NCBI GenBank assembly: GCA_043797665.1
Contig: JAZDPL010000091.1
Coordinates: 1 to 39,644, forward strand
Direction of reading: 5' to 3'
Length of the DNA stretch: 39,644 bases
DNA from: Candidatus Omnitrophota bacterium
GTDB lineage: Bacteria > Ratteibacteria > UBA8468 > MWAK01
In this document: positions 17,099 through 26,451 of the stretch, piece by piece
How the letters are laid out: each line of letters opens with the position of its first letter
Position numbering within the stretch: position 1 is the first letter of the stretch
Translations under genes and position numbers: made by a program
Notes under the pieces: generated by a model
Databases searched by the model: none
The model's input: only the letters and a program-made list of their open reading frames with translations
Told to the model about the DNA's origin: nothing

Positions 17099-17794
17099 AT
17101 GTCAGCCAAAAAACATTCTTCAACCATGATTTTAGATGCGTTGAGTAAGGTCAGCAACGCTATTACCTCAGACCTTTATTTAGAAGATATTTTGCGTCTG
17201 GTCGTTACCGTGACCGCGGGTGTAATGAACTCCAAAATCTGTTCGTTGATGCTTTTGAATGACAAAAACGAATTAGAGATTAAGGCGACCCAGTCTATCA
17301 ATCCCGAGTATATCCGTAAACCGAACCTGAAACTTGGTGAAGGAATAGCCGGAAAGGTAGCGGTGGAAGACCGGCCGATTGTCGTTTATGACGTCCAGTC
17401 TGACAAAGAATACAAGCATAAAGACCTGGCAAAGAGGGAAGGCCTGGCTTCTCTTCTTTCCGTACCCCTTGCGGTTCGAGGTAAAGTAATCGGCGTTCTC
17501 AACACCTATACTTCCCAGCCGCATCGTTTTACCCGGGAGGAGATTGAAGTCCTTCAGACCGTAGCCAACCAGGCAGCGGTGGCGATTGAAAATACCCACC
17601 TGATGGTCAGGACCCGGGTTATTGAAGAGGAGTTGGAGAGCCGGAAGGCGGTGGAGAGGGCAAAAGGAATTTTAATGCGCAAGAAGAATTTAAGCGAAGA
17701 AGAAGCCTTCCGTTTAATTCAGAAAGAGAGTATGAACCGTCGTATTTCAATGCGCCAGGTTGCGGAAGCCATCATCCTCAGCGTCCAATTGTAA
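17099..17794 (+). CDS. GAF + ANTAR domain RNA-binding regulator
   Basis: GAF: GEGIAGKVA, SLLSVPL, VIGVLN, ANQAAVAIEN. ANTAR: LESRKAVERAKGILM...EEEAF..IQKESM.RR.SM..VAEAII. Confidence 0.93.
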   Translation: MSAKKHSSTMILDALSKVSNAITSDLYLEDILRLVVTVTAGVMNSKICSLMLLNDKNELEIKATQSINPEYIRKPNLKLGEGIAGKVAVEDRPIVVYDVQSDKEYKHKDLAKREGLASLLSVPLAVRGKVIGVLNTYTSQPHRFTREEIEVLQTVANQAAVAIENTHLMVRTRVIEEELESRKAVERAKGILMRKKNLSEEEAFRLIQKESMNRRISMRQVAEAIILSVQL

Positions 17795-17804
17795 GGCCCC
17801 TACT

Positions 17805-18422
17805 ATGGACATCTGGGTGGTGGATTACGGATTGGGAAACCTGCGCAGTGTTAGTAAGGCGCTGGAGAAGGTTGGTGTCCGGGTATCGGTGAGTTCTGAT
17901 TACAGAATGTTGAATGAAGCGAAGGCGGTGGTTCTGCCCGGAGTGGGCGCCTTTGACTCTGCGGTTAAAAACTTAAAAGAATTATGCCTTTACCAGCCAC
18001 TGCTTGATTATTTAAAAGAAGATAGACCTTTTTTAGGCATCTGCTTGGGGTTTCAACTCCTCTTTGCAGGAAGTGAAGAAGGAAAGGAACGGGGTTTCGG
18101 AGTGCTCCCGGGTAAAACCCTGCGATTTCCGGAAAGCGTAAAGATTCCCCAGATTGGCTGGAACAAGGTTGCCTATACTAAGAGGGCAACCCCTCAAGAA
18201 AGTCCGCTCTTTACCGGCATCCAAAATGGTTCTTATTTCTATTTTGTCCACTCCTATTACGGAAAGAGCGAAACGGAAATTGGTCAGGCAGAATACGGTG
18301 TTCCGTTTACCGCGGCGCTCCAGAAGGGCAATATCTTTGCTACCCAGTTCCATCCGGAAAAGAGCGGAGATGTGGGTTTGAAACTTCTGTCTAATTTCTG
18401 TGAATATTGCATAAGACATTAA
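17805..18422 (+). CDS. hisH: Imidazole glycerol phosphate synthase glutaminase subunit
   Basis: [44 protein letters not shown]. Confidence 0.95.
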   Translation: MDIWVVDYGLGNLRSVSKALEKVGVRVSVSSDYRMLNEAKAVVLPGVGAFDSAVKNLKELCLYQPLLDYLKEDRPFLGICLGFQLLFAGSEEGKERGFGVLPGKTLRFPESVKIPQIGWNKVAYTKRATPQESPLFTGIQNGSYFYFVHSYYGKSETEIGQAEYGVPFTAALQKGNIFATQFHPEKSGDVGLKLLSNFCEYCIRH

Positions 18423-18429
18423 AAGTCCT

Positions 18430-19959
18430 GTGGTTATTATTCTTGATTTCGGTTCCCAGTATACCCAGTTAATCGCCCGCCGGATACGGGAATCCATGGT
18501 TTACTGCGAAATATTGCCCTATAACGTTGCCCTCTCCGAAATTCAGAAACGTAAGCCTAAAGCGATTATCATTTCCGGCAGTCCGGCCAGTGTCTCGGAA
18601 GAGGGGCATCCTTCCTGTGACCCGGCACTTTTTACTTTGAAAATTCCCATCCTGGGTATCTGTTACGGTATGCATCTAATGGCGCAGAGTTTAGGCGGTG
18701 AAGTTAAATCTGTGGGAAAAAGGGAATATGGCCGGACACTCTTTTCCGTCTGCCGCCGGGACGAATTGTTTGCCGGTCTGCCGAACCGGTTCATTACCTG
18801 GATGAGCCACGGTGACTACGTCAGTAAGATGCCGCCTTCCTTTGAAATTATAGGTACCACCGGGAATTGCCCGGTGGCTGCCTTCCGGCATACCAACCGG
18901 AAGCTATTCGGTGTTCAGTTTCACCCTGAGGTCAGCCATACCCCTAAAGGTCCGGAAATCTTTAATAATTTTCTTTTCCGGATAGCCGGCTGTTCTCCGG
19001 ACTGGACTATGGCTTCCTTTATTAAAGAGTCGGTGACGGAAATCAGGAAGAAGGTGGAAAATTCCAGACTGGTCAGCGCCCTTTCCGGCGGAGTGGATTC
19101 TTCGGTCCTGGCGGTTTTGCTGCATCGGGCTATCGGTGATCGGCTCCACTGTATTTTTGTCGACAATGGCCTTTTACGGGCCGGTGAGCGCGAAGGCGTT
19201 GAAAATACTTTCCGGAAACATTTCCACATCAGATTGCGGGTGATAGATGCGGGAGAACGATTTTTGACAAAATTGTCCGGGGTCACTGAGCCGGAAAAAA
19301 AGAGGAAGATAATCGGAGAAGAATTTATCCGGGTCTTTGAAGAAGAGGCAAAAAAGATTGGAGGGGTTAAGTTCCTTGCCCAGGGAACCCTCTATCCGGA
19401 CATGATTGAGAGTCAATCAGTCTTTGGCGGTCCGTCCTCACGTATCAAGAGCCACCACAACGTGGCGGGTTTACCGGAAAAGATGGAACTGGATTTGGTG
19501 GAACCCTTAAAATACCTTTTTAAGGATGAGGTGCGTCAGTTAGGAAAGGAATTGGGTTTGCTTCACGAGATAACCGGACGCCACCCTTTCCCCGGTCCGG
19601 GTCTGGCGGTGCGTGTCCTGGGAGAAATTACCCGGGAGCGGTTGGAAATCCTGCGGCAGGCTGACCGGATCTTCATTTCCGAGATTAAATCCGCCGGCTG
19701 GTACGACCGTATCTGGCAGGCTTTTGCCATACTTTTGCCGGTGAAGACCGTGGGTGTGATGGGTGACGAGCGTACCTACGAAAACGTAATTGTCCTCCGG
19801 GCGGTCTGCAGTGTTGACGGGATGACCGCAGACTATACCGCCATTCCGCATCCCTTGCTGGGAAAGATTGCCAATCGCATCATCAATGAAGTGAAGGGCG
19901 TAAACCGGGTAGCCTACGACGTCAGTTCCAAACCCCCTGCCACCATCGAGTGGGAATAA
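18430..19959 (+). CDS. guaA: GMP synthase (glutamine-hydrolysing)
   Basis: [49 protein letters not shown]. Confidence 0.97.
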   Translation: MVIILDFGSQYTQLIARRIRESMVYCEILPYNVALSEIQKRKPKAIIISGSPASVSEEGHPSCDPALFTLKIPILGICYGMHLMAQSLGGEVKSVGKREYGRTLFSVCRRDELFAGLPNRFITWMSHGDYVSKMPPSFEIIGTTGNCPVAAFRHTNRKLFGVQFHPEVSHTPKGPEIFNNFLFRIAGCSPDWTMASFIKESVTEIRKKVENSRLVSALSGGVDSSVLAVLLHRAIGDRLHCIFVDNGLLRAGEREGVENTFRKHFHIRLRVIDAGERFLTKLSGVTEPEKKRKIIGEEFIRVFEEEAKKIGGVKFLAQGTLYPDMIESQSVFGGPSSRIKSHHNVAGLPEKMELDLVEPLKYLFKDEVRQLGKELGLLHEITGRHPFPGPGLAVRVLGEITRERLEILRQADRIFISEIKSAGWYDRIWQAFAILLPVKTVGVMGDERTYENVIVLRAVCSVDGMTADYTAIPHPLLGKIANRIINEVKGVNRVAYDVSSKPPATIEWE

Positions 19960-19969
19960 TTTTTTGATG

Positions 19970-20377
19970 CTAACGCACTTGACGAATTTCATTCCAGAAT
20001 TCTGCAGGCCGTATAATCTTGACCCCGTCAACTTTCTTCAACGAAAGCAAGTCTTTATCCCCGGTAATTAAAAGATCCGCTTTTACGAACAACGCCAAAG
20101 CAATAACCGGATTGTCTTTCTTGTCTCTGGAAAAATCTGCTACTTCAAAAGATGACTCAACTACCTCAGTATTCTGGTATAGGAAGGTACGTACCTCCTG
20201 TGATTCACTTTTGGAAAAACCTAATTTATGGCATAATTTTTCGCAGACTTCGTTGATAATGTACTCTGAAGTTATGACCCGGTACCTTTCTCCGCAGTAA
20301 AGAAAAACATCTTTGGTAGGACCAGTGGTAGTGATAAAAGCAGAGATTATTACGTTAGAATCAAAAACTATGGTCAT
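19970..20377 (-). CDS. PIN-domain toxin of a type II TA system
   Basis: IVFDSNVIISA...SE.II.E...RD.KDN...LA....AD.LITGDKDLL.L. Confidence 0.9.
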   Translation of the reverse strand: MTIVFDSNVIISAFITTTGPTKDVFLYCGERYRVITSEYIINEVCEKLCHKLGFSKSESQEVRTFLYQNTEVVESSFEVADFSRDKKDNPVIALALFVKADLLITGDKDLLSLKKVDGVKIIRPAEFWNEIRQVR

Positions 20378-20592
20378 TTCAACCTTTTAGCCACATCTTC
20401 ATCGGTATAAATTCCCTTTGCCCTTACTTTTGAGGTAAACCTTTCCCTTATTTCTAAAAACTGATCTCGAAAAAGATAGTTTTGCAGGGCAATCTTGACA
20501 ACCGTACTTTTATTTAATCTTCTCTTTTGGACAAACTGGAGCAATTCTTTGCCCAAATCTTCCGGCAAACTCACCGTAATTGCCATCCGCAT
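20374..20592 (-). CDS. Ribbon-helix-helix (CopG) antitoxin
   Basis: AITVSLPEDL...L...NKS.VVK.AL..YL...GIYTDEDV; ATGA overlap with the PIN gene; AGGAGG RBS. Confidence 0.88.
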   Translation of the reverse strand: MRMAITVSLPEDLGKELLQFVQKRRLNKSTVVKIALQNYLFRDQFLEIRERFTSKVRAKGIYTDEDVAKRLK

Positions 20593-20602
20593 TTTTTTCC
20601 TC

Positions 20603-20644
20603 CTGTTATATTACATTGTAACACAAAGAGGGGAATAAAGTAAA
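20603..20644 (-). promoter_or_regulatory. TA promoter with overlapping palindromic operator
   Basis: Minus strand TTTACT, 18 bp, TG.TACAAT; inverted repeats TTACA-T-TGTAA (20611-20621) and TGTTA...TAACA over the -10/+1 region. Confidence 0.6.
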
Positions 20645-20699
20645 CACCTACACTGATTACGATCTCCATGTTTGTGTTTTTTTATAAATCCGCATATAT

Positions 20700-20819
20700 T
20701 AATGTAAACGTAAATAAGCTGTCATTCCTGCGGATAGTAAGCAGGAATCTATCGTCTGATTCATTGGATTCCCGTTTAATGCATACGGGAATGACAAATT
20801 GCTTTCTGCGTTTGTATCA
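20700..20819. repeat. MITE-like element with imperfect TIRs enclosing a GTCATTCC...GGAATGAC REP doublet
   Basis: Ends TAATGTAAACGTA / TGCGTTTGTATCA; hairpins ATTCCTGC..GCAGGAAT and ATTCCCGT..ACGGGAAT; contains the stop codon of the 20817-21692 gene. Confidence 0.78.
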
Positions 20820-21692
20820 GAGCGATTTCAGACGGGTTTTCAGGATTTCTGCCATATTCTTGTTCAGGAAGTATCGACCCACTACCCCCACTTCTCCTTT
20901 TCGGAGATGTCCTTGCTTATTCGATTTTCCTATTTCCATCTCTTCTGCCAGGCTCTTTTTCTGTACCTGAAAGTCCGGTTCCGAAAGGGAGCGTGCCCGG
21001 TCAAAGACATCCAGAACTTTATTACTAAAAGCCTCTTTTTCTTCCGGATAGAGGATAAACACTTTTTCTTCAAAACGGTCACGCAGACGTTGGAGTATCT
21101 TTTCCTTATTTCTTTCGTACCCCTGAGGCGATAACTTCCTGACTTTGGTGAGCAGATTTTCTTGAGCCTGAGTGTCGTTCTTTGCCTGACCGATACGGGT
21201 GGGATTGGTAGTTTTCTGCGGCGGGATAAGGCAGGGTTTAAAATCATCTATGAGGTAACGTTGTTGTTCGGTAAGGATTCCGGCTACTTCTTTTTCTAAC
21301 GCCACCAGGCGTTCCCCGGCATCTTCCTTGATTTGTTTAATCTGGTGATTCAAACCGCTGGCCCGCTCTTTTATTTTCGCAGGTGTCTCCTGATTCTTCT
21401 CTAATTCTTTTTTTAGGTCCTGGAAGGCTTTATCTGTAGCGGGCTTGAGTTCCAGGATTGCCTGTTTTGCGGATTCGCGAATCGCGGTCGCTTCGTCAAT
21501 AATAGGCAACAGGGATTCAATCTGCTCTTTGGTAAGGTAAATGCCATTAGCCAGATTGAGCAGACTGATATCCTGGCGTAATTCCAAGATAGATTCATCC
21601 TCGCTCTCTTTTTCACCTGCAACTAACCCTGTGGCCCAGCCAATTGCCAGAATGCTTATCAATACCATCCCCAAAAGCACTTTCTTTTTCAT
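20817..21692 (-). CDS. Hypothetical exported helical protein
   Basis: Sec signal peptide MKKKVLLGMVLISILAIGWATGLVA; GGAGG RBS; charged helical body. Confidence 0.8.
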   Translation of the reverse strand: MKKKVLLGMVLISILAIGWATGLVAGEKESEDESILELRQDISLLNLANGIYLTKEQIESLLPIIDEATAIRESAKQAILELKPATDKAFQDLKKELEKNQETPAKIKERASGLNHQIKQIKEDAGERLVALEKEVAGILTEQQRYLIDDFKPCLIPPQKTTNPTRIGQAKNDTQAQENLLTKVRKLSPQGYERNKEKILQRLRDRFEEKVFILYPEEKEAFSNKVLDVFDRARSLSEPDFQVQKKSLAEEMEIGKSNKQGHLRKGEVGVVGRYFLNKNMAEILKTRLKSL

Positions 21693-21710
21693 ACCGCCTC
21701 CATTTTTGCA

Positions 21711-21755
21711 TTCCCCTTTTTCAAAAGGGGTGGCAACGAAGTTGACGGGGTATTT
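21711..21755. repeat. CCCCTTTT/AAAAGGGG palindromic repeat (possible terminator downstream of mnmE)
   Basis: TTCCCCTTTT-TC-AAAAGGGG followed by GCAAC-GAA-GTTGAC and GGGGTATTT. Confidence 0.55.
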
Positions 21756-21797
21756 GCAAACTGTTAGATAACAAATTTATTAAAAACGTTTAAAAGG

Positions 21798-23186
21798 CTA
21801 TTTTCCTAAACAGAAACGGCTGAAGATTCTGTCCAGCACTTCTTCGGTTACGCGATGACCGGAGAGCCGAGCCAGGGATTCAATTGCCCGTTTCAAGTCT
21901 CCGGCTACAAATTCCAGCGGCATCCTGTTCTTCAAAGCGCTTATCGCCCGGTCTAAACTTTTACCGGCTTCTTCCAGGCTGGACTTCTGTTCTAAGGCTA
22001 AAAAGATGGGGTCTACTCCTTCCCGGAAGACCTTACCTTCCTGAATAAACTCCGCGATTCTTTTTTTAAGTTCTTCAATTCCCCGGTCTTTGAGGGCTGA
22101 CGTCTGGAGATAAGAGAAACCGTTCAACAGACTTACTGACTCTGATTCTTTTGTAAGTCTGTCCGGAAGGTCGGACTTATTGATAACCAGAATCGTTTTT
22201 TCTTTCGGCACTTGCGTAATAAGGTCTTTATCTTCCGGTTGTAAGGGTTCGCTTTGGTCCAGGACCAAAAGGATTAGTTCCGCAGTCCTGATTAGAGTAC
22301 GGCTTTTCTTTACCCCGGCCTCTTCGATTTTATCCCTGGGGGGACGGATGCCGGCGGTATCGATGATTTTAAGAGGAAACCCGGCGATGGATATAATTTC
22401 GGAAATCTGGTCCCGGGTAGTCCCGGGTATTTCGGTAACGATGGCGCGCTCTTCCGAAAGGAGGCTGTTGAGGAGACTGCTCTTTCCCACGTTCGGCCGG
22501 CCCAGGATGGCTACTTTCAGACCCTCGGAAAGGACTTTGCCGTTTTCTGCTCCGTCTAAAATCTCTTTGGCAGCCCGGGCAGATTCCTCTAATCTTTCCC
22601 GGTAATCAGTCCGGTTATCTTTTTGAAACGGCAGATCTTCGGGAAATTCGATCTCCGCTTCTATTTCAGTTAGAATTTCCAGGGCTCTATTTTTCAGTCC
22701 CCCGATCTTTCGAGATAATCCGCCCTGCAACTGGTTAATTGCGGCAGAAGAAGCCTGTTCCGTCTTGCTGTTGATGACCGCTAAAACCGCTTCTGCCTGT
22801 GCTAAGTCAATCCGGCCGGAGAGGAAGGCTCTTTTGGTAAACTCCCCTGGTTCCGCTAACCGGCAGCCGGCGGAGATAAGCGTTTGAAGGACGGATTTCA
22901 GGGGAATGAATCCGCCGTGGCAGCCAATTTCAGCCATATCCTGGCGGGTGTAACTTTTAGGAGCCCGCATTATCGTAAGGAGAACCTCATCTTGGACTTT
23001 TTCCTGGGCCGTGATGAAACCGTATTTTACCGTATGGGAAGGAAGTTCACTTACTTTTACCGGCCGGCCGTGTTTATCTTTAAAGAGACGGTCCAGGATT
23101 GGACAGGCTTGAGGTCCGGAGATGCGAATAATTCCAATACCGCTGTAGCCTGCGGGACTGGAAATGGCGCAGATGGTGTCATCCAT
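21798..23186 (-). CDS. mnmE: tRNA modification GTPase
   Basis: DTICAISS, PKSYTRQD..EI.CHGG, AEPGEFTKRAF, GRPNVGKSSLLN, IPGTTRD, DTAGIR, NKSD, IFSRFCLGK. Confidence 0.97.
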   Translation of the reverse strand: MDDTICAISSPAGYSGIGIIRISGPQACPILDRLFKDKHGRPVKVSELPSHTVKYGFITAQEKVQDEVLLTIMRAPKSYTRQDMAEIGCHGGFIPLKSVLQTLISAGCRLAEPGEFTKRAFLSGRIDLAQAEAVLAVINSKTEQASSAAINQLQGGLSRKIGGLKNRALEILTEIEAEIEFPEDLPFQKDNRTDYRERLEESARAAKEILDGAENGKVLSEGLKVAILGRPNVGKSSLLNSLLSEERAIVTEIPGTTRDQISEIISIAGFPLKIIDTAGIRPPRDKIEEAGVKKSRTLIRTAELILLVLDQSEPLQPEDKDLITQVPKEKTILVINKSDLPDRLTKESESVSLLNGFSYLQTSALKDRGIEELKKRIAEFIQEGKVFREGVDPIFLALEQKSSLEEAGKSLDRAISALKNRMPLEFVAGDLKRAIESLARLSGHRVTEEVLDRIFSRFCLGK

Positions 23187-25770
23187 CCGGAGAAACGATG
23201 ACGGTTATTTGGCGTTCCGGGACAAAATATCTTTCCATGAATTTTTGAATATCTCCCGGTGTGACTTCGCTTATTATCTTATCCAGTTTTGGGGGGAAAT
23301 CATAACCCAGACCGTAGAGTTGCGAAAGACCACAGTCTAATGCCTGGCTAGCCAGAGTCTGCCGTCCTATTTTTTTATTGCCCAACACCTTTTCTTTGCT
23401 CTTTATCAGGTCCGGTTCGGAAACAGTCTCTTTGGTCAATTGAGTGATTATCCGGGTAACGATTTGTTGGACCCGTTCGGTCTTGTCCGGCTGGCACTCA
23501 GCGTAAAAAGAGAGGGTTCCTGGTTGCAGACCTAAAAAATAACTAAAACCGGTGCTGTAAACCAGGGGTTCTTTTTCCCTTAAATTCTGAAAGAGTAAAC
23601 CTTCCTGCCCGTTGAGTATCTCCGCGAGAATCTCCAGTATTGCCCGGTTTTTTTCTTCCTGAAGCGAAATTCCGGGAAATCCGATTAACACCGCAGATTC
23701 CTTTTTGTTAGACGGTTCTTTTTTAGTTACCGGGCTTTTAAGAACCGGAGACGGAACTGCCGGCTCAGTAATTCTTACCGGTTTAATCCGGTTGAACAGA
23801 CTTTCTGCCGTATCCTTTACCTGTGGTCCGGCAATATCTCCAAAGACCGTGATAACCAGATTGTTGCTGCCAAAGACTCTCTGGTAGGTTTTAAGTACGA
23901 TGCTCCGGTCTATTTTCCCGATACTTTCTTCCGTACCTCCCTCCGGAAGGCCGTAAGGATGAGATCCAAAGATGGTCTGTCGTAGAATTTGGTCAGCCTT
24001 GGTCAGCGGTCTTTCATCCCGGCTGATAATACCGCCAAGGATTTCCTTTTTCTCCCGGGAGAGTTCATTCTCCGGGAATCCGGCTTCCTGCAGAATTTCC
24101 GCGATAAGTAAAATCCCCTCTTTCCAATATTCCGCCGGGATATCAAGCAGTAAGCCGAAACTATTATTACCGCTGTAAGTGGAAAGGGAACCTCCCCATC
24201 CGGCAACCTCCCGGGCGATGTTTTCCGCGCTTTTTCTCATCGTACCGGCGGTCAAAAGTTCTGCCAGTAGGGGAAAAGTTCCGTTAGCGGTACTGTTTTC
24301 AAAGAGTAAGCCTCCCTTGAGTAAAACCGCAAAATGGACAATGGGCAGATCAGGGTCTTCTTTAACCAACAACGGGATATTGTTTTTGAGGTGGTAGCAC
24401 CACGGGAGTTCCGCCTTTGATACGGTTTCCGGTTCCACAGGAGCCGCTGCGAGCAGGCTGGCTGGTCCCACCATGGATACGCTCAGATTATCCTGGCGCA
24501 GATACTTTTGGGCTACGCGGATTACACCCTCTTTTTCAACCTTGGCGCTGGACCTTAAGTAAATCCGGGAGTAGAGCGGATTACCGGTTAAAAAACAACT
24601 GGTGGACAGGTCAGAGGTCCTTCCTTCCATTGTTTGTAAATTAAAAAGTAATTGACTTTGTATTTCTTTCTGGGCGATAAATATTTCTTTGGCAGAGGCA
24701 CCATTTGTGATTTTTTCCACTTCCTGTCGGATTGCTTCTTGTACCTCATCCAATTTTTCTACGGCACAAATACAGGAGATAGTAAAGAGACCCGGATACC
24801 GTGGTGTGTAACTGGAAGCATCGATGGAATAGGCTAATCCCTTTTTGATTATGCCCTGGTAAAGCCGGGAAGTTTTCCCGTAACCCAGGATGTTGGCTAA
24901 AATGTCCAGGGCAGGGGTGTCGGGACTGTTTAATCCGGGAATGTGGTACGCCAGGTTAAGGTAGACCAACCGGGTGGGAAAAGGTACTTTCTTTTCCCGG
25001 TATCCTACCTGGATGGGTTCTTCCGGTGGAACCGGGGTAAACGGGAATTGCCGGAGAATAGTTTTAGAGAGTTCCATGCTTAATTCCTTGATTTTCTCGG
25101 GTAGAACCGGTCCGGCTACTGCCAGAATGGCATTGTCGGGCGAATAGGAGATTTGGTGGTAAGAGCGGACGTCCTCGTATTGCAGTTGGTTTAAAAGGTC
25201 CGGATGCCCGCTGATGGGAAAGCGGTAGGGATGAACTGAATATGCGGTCTGCCACAGATTGCGATTTGCCTGGTAGGCCGGTTCGTCTTCGTTCCGGGCA
25301 ATTTCACGTAGAACCACCTCCCGTTCCTTCCGTAAATCGTCCGGAGTAAAGGAAGGTTCAAAAACCGAGCGGAGAAGTGCCGGCAGGACTGAGGACCACT
25401 TATCGCCGGGTATTGTTACGGTAAAGAGTGTGTAGTCATGAGTGGTATAGGCATTGGTATAACCGCCTGCGTTTTCCACCACGGCCGCCAGCCTGTTTTT
25501 TTCGTCTCCTTTAAAGATAAGATGTTCCAGAAGGTGGGTGATACCGGTACCGGTGTATCTTCCTTCCGTAGCCGAACCGGTCTTAATCAGAAGCGAGAAG
25601 TTGACCACCTCAGCATTAGGGACAGATTCACAGATAAGCGTAAGCCCATTCTCCAGATAAAATTCGCTTACCTTACGGTTTGGGATGTCTACCGCAGAGG
25701 AGACGGAGAACAGCAGGGTATAGATGGGGAAAAAAAGATAAAGAAATTTCTTTAAGAAACCCGTATTCAT
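23179..25770 (-). CDS. M16 family zinc peptidase (fused two-subunit, PqqL-like), exported
   Basis: HxxEH (HLLEH), NAYTTHDYT, SRLY, inactive C-terminal half; signal-like N-terminus from ATG 25770. The upstream ORF extension runs through a REP. Confidence 0.92.
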   Translation of the reverse strand: MNTGFLKKFLYLFFPIYTLLFSVSSAVDIPNRKVSEFYLENGLTLICESVPNAEVVNFSLLIKTGSATEGRYTGTGITHLLEHLIFKGDEKNRLAAVVENAGGYTNAYTTHDYTLFTVTIPGDKWSSVLPALLRSVFEPSFTPDDLRKEREVVLREIARNEDEPAYQANRNLWQTAYSVHPYRFPISGHPDLLNQLQYEDVRSYHQISYSPDNAILAVAGPVLPEKIKELSMELSKTILRQFPFTPVPPEEPIQVGYREKKVPFPTRLVYLNLAYHIPGLNSPDTPALDILANILGYGKTSRLYQGIIKKGLAYSIDASSYTPRYPGLFTISCICAVEKLDEVQEAIRQEVEKITNGASAKEIFIAQKEIQSQLLFNLQTMEGRTSDLSTSCFLTGNPLYSRIYLRSSAKVEKEGVIRVAQKYLRQDNLSVSMVGPASLLAAAPVEPETVSKAELPWCYHLKNNIPLLVKEDPDLPIVHFAVLLKGGLLFENSTANGTFPLLAELLTAGTMRKSAENIAREVAGWGGSLSTYSGNNSFGLLLDIPAEYWKEGILLIAEILQEAGFPENELSREKKEILGGIISRDERPLTKADQILRQTIFGSHPYGLPEGGTEESIGKIDRSIVLKTYQRVFGSNNLVITVFGDIAGPQVKDTAESLFNRIKPVRITEPAVPSPVLKSPVTKKEPSNKKESAVLIGFPGISLQEEKNRAILEILAEILNGQEGLLFQNLREKEPLVYSTGFSYFLGLQPGTLSFYAECQPDKTERVQQIVTRIITQLTKETVSEPDLIKSKEKVLGNKKIGRQTLASQALDCGLSQLYGLGYDFPPKLDKIISEVTPGDIQKFMERYFVPERQITVIVSPDG

Positions 25771-25788
25771 TTTAATGAATAATTTAAC

Positions 25789-25838
25789 GTAGGGGCGCCA
25801 TTCATGGCGCCCGCGGGCTTGATGAATCAAGCCCCTAC
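25789..25838. repeat. GTAG-type REP doublet
   Basis: GTAG-GGGCGCCAT-TC-ATGGCGCCC-GC-GGGCTTGAT-GA-ATCAAGCCC-CTAC; its GTAG end supplies the TAG stop of the phosphatase gene. Confidence 0.92.
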
Positions 25839-26416
25839 TCTTTTTGCTCTTTTTTGTTCTGGATACAGAACTTTGTGAAGGCATCGTCCATTGCCCGCAC
25901 CTCCGGTTGGAGCAGCGGAATATGTCCGTAGATGAAAGAGAGTTGTCGCCGGGCGGTTTTTTTGGGGTAACCTTCAAAATAATACAGGTAAATTGCCGAT
26001 GCCAGACCGGTACGGTTAGCACCCCCTTCGCAATGGACAAGCAGGGGCTTGGGTGATTTTTCAAGAATTTCCAGTAAATCCCGGAATTGTTCGGAGGTGG
26101 GTTCTCTTTTGGAAGAAAGGCTTAAGTCATAGTACTTTACATCTAACAGAACACAGGCGCTTACCTCTTTTTTCCACCATTCGGAATTTTCGTTACGACC
26201 ACGGAGGTTCAGTACGCTTTTGATTTTATAATCCTGGATATATTGAATCAATTTTCCCTGTCTTACCTGTCCGGAGCGGTAGACCTTGTTCGGGCTGACC
26301 ACGTGAAAGTTCCCCTGTTGTTCTATGCAGAACCACCCCGTCCCGGCAAGGGCGAGAAAGACAACGGCAATAATAATCGCCTTTTTGCCCTTGGTCAAAA
26401 TCCTCTTATTCTTCAT
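25835..26416 (-). CDS. Membrane-anchored protein tyrosine/dual-specificity phosphatase
   Basis: NFHVV...VYRSGQ, IKSVLNLRG, P-loop HCEGGANRTG (CX5R); N-terminal TM helix. Confidence 0.9.
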   Translation of the reverse strand: MKNKRILTKGKKAIIIAVVFLALAGTGWFCIEQQGNFHVVSPNKVYRSGQVRQGKLIQYIQDYKIKSVLNLRGRNENSEWWKKEVSACVLLDVKYYDLSLSSKREPTSEQFRDLLEILEKSPKPLLVHCEGGANRTGLASAIYLYYFEGYPKKTARRQLSFIYGHIPLLQPEVRAMDDAFTKFCIQNKKEQKE

Positions 26417-26451
26417 AATGTCATTCTGAACCAGTTATGTTAGGCAAGAGA

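Noticed and set aside
17794..17803. AGGCCCCTAC as a REP end before hisH
   Set aside because: Only about 8 nt match and there is no hairpin; could be chance.
25771..26064. 98-aa N-terminal extension of the M16 peptidase
   Set aside because: Overlaps the phosphatase gene and translates a REP (RGLIHQARGRHEWRPY); the signal-like start is at 25770.
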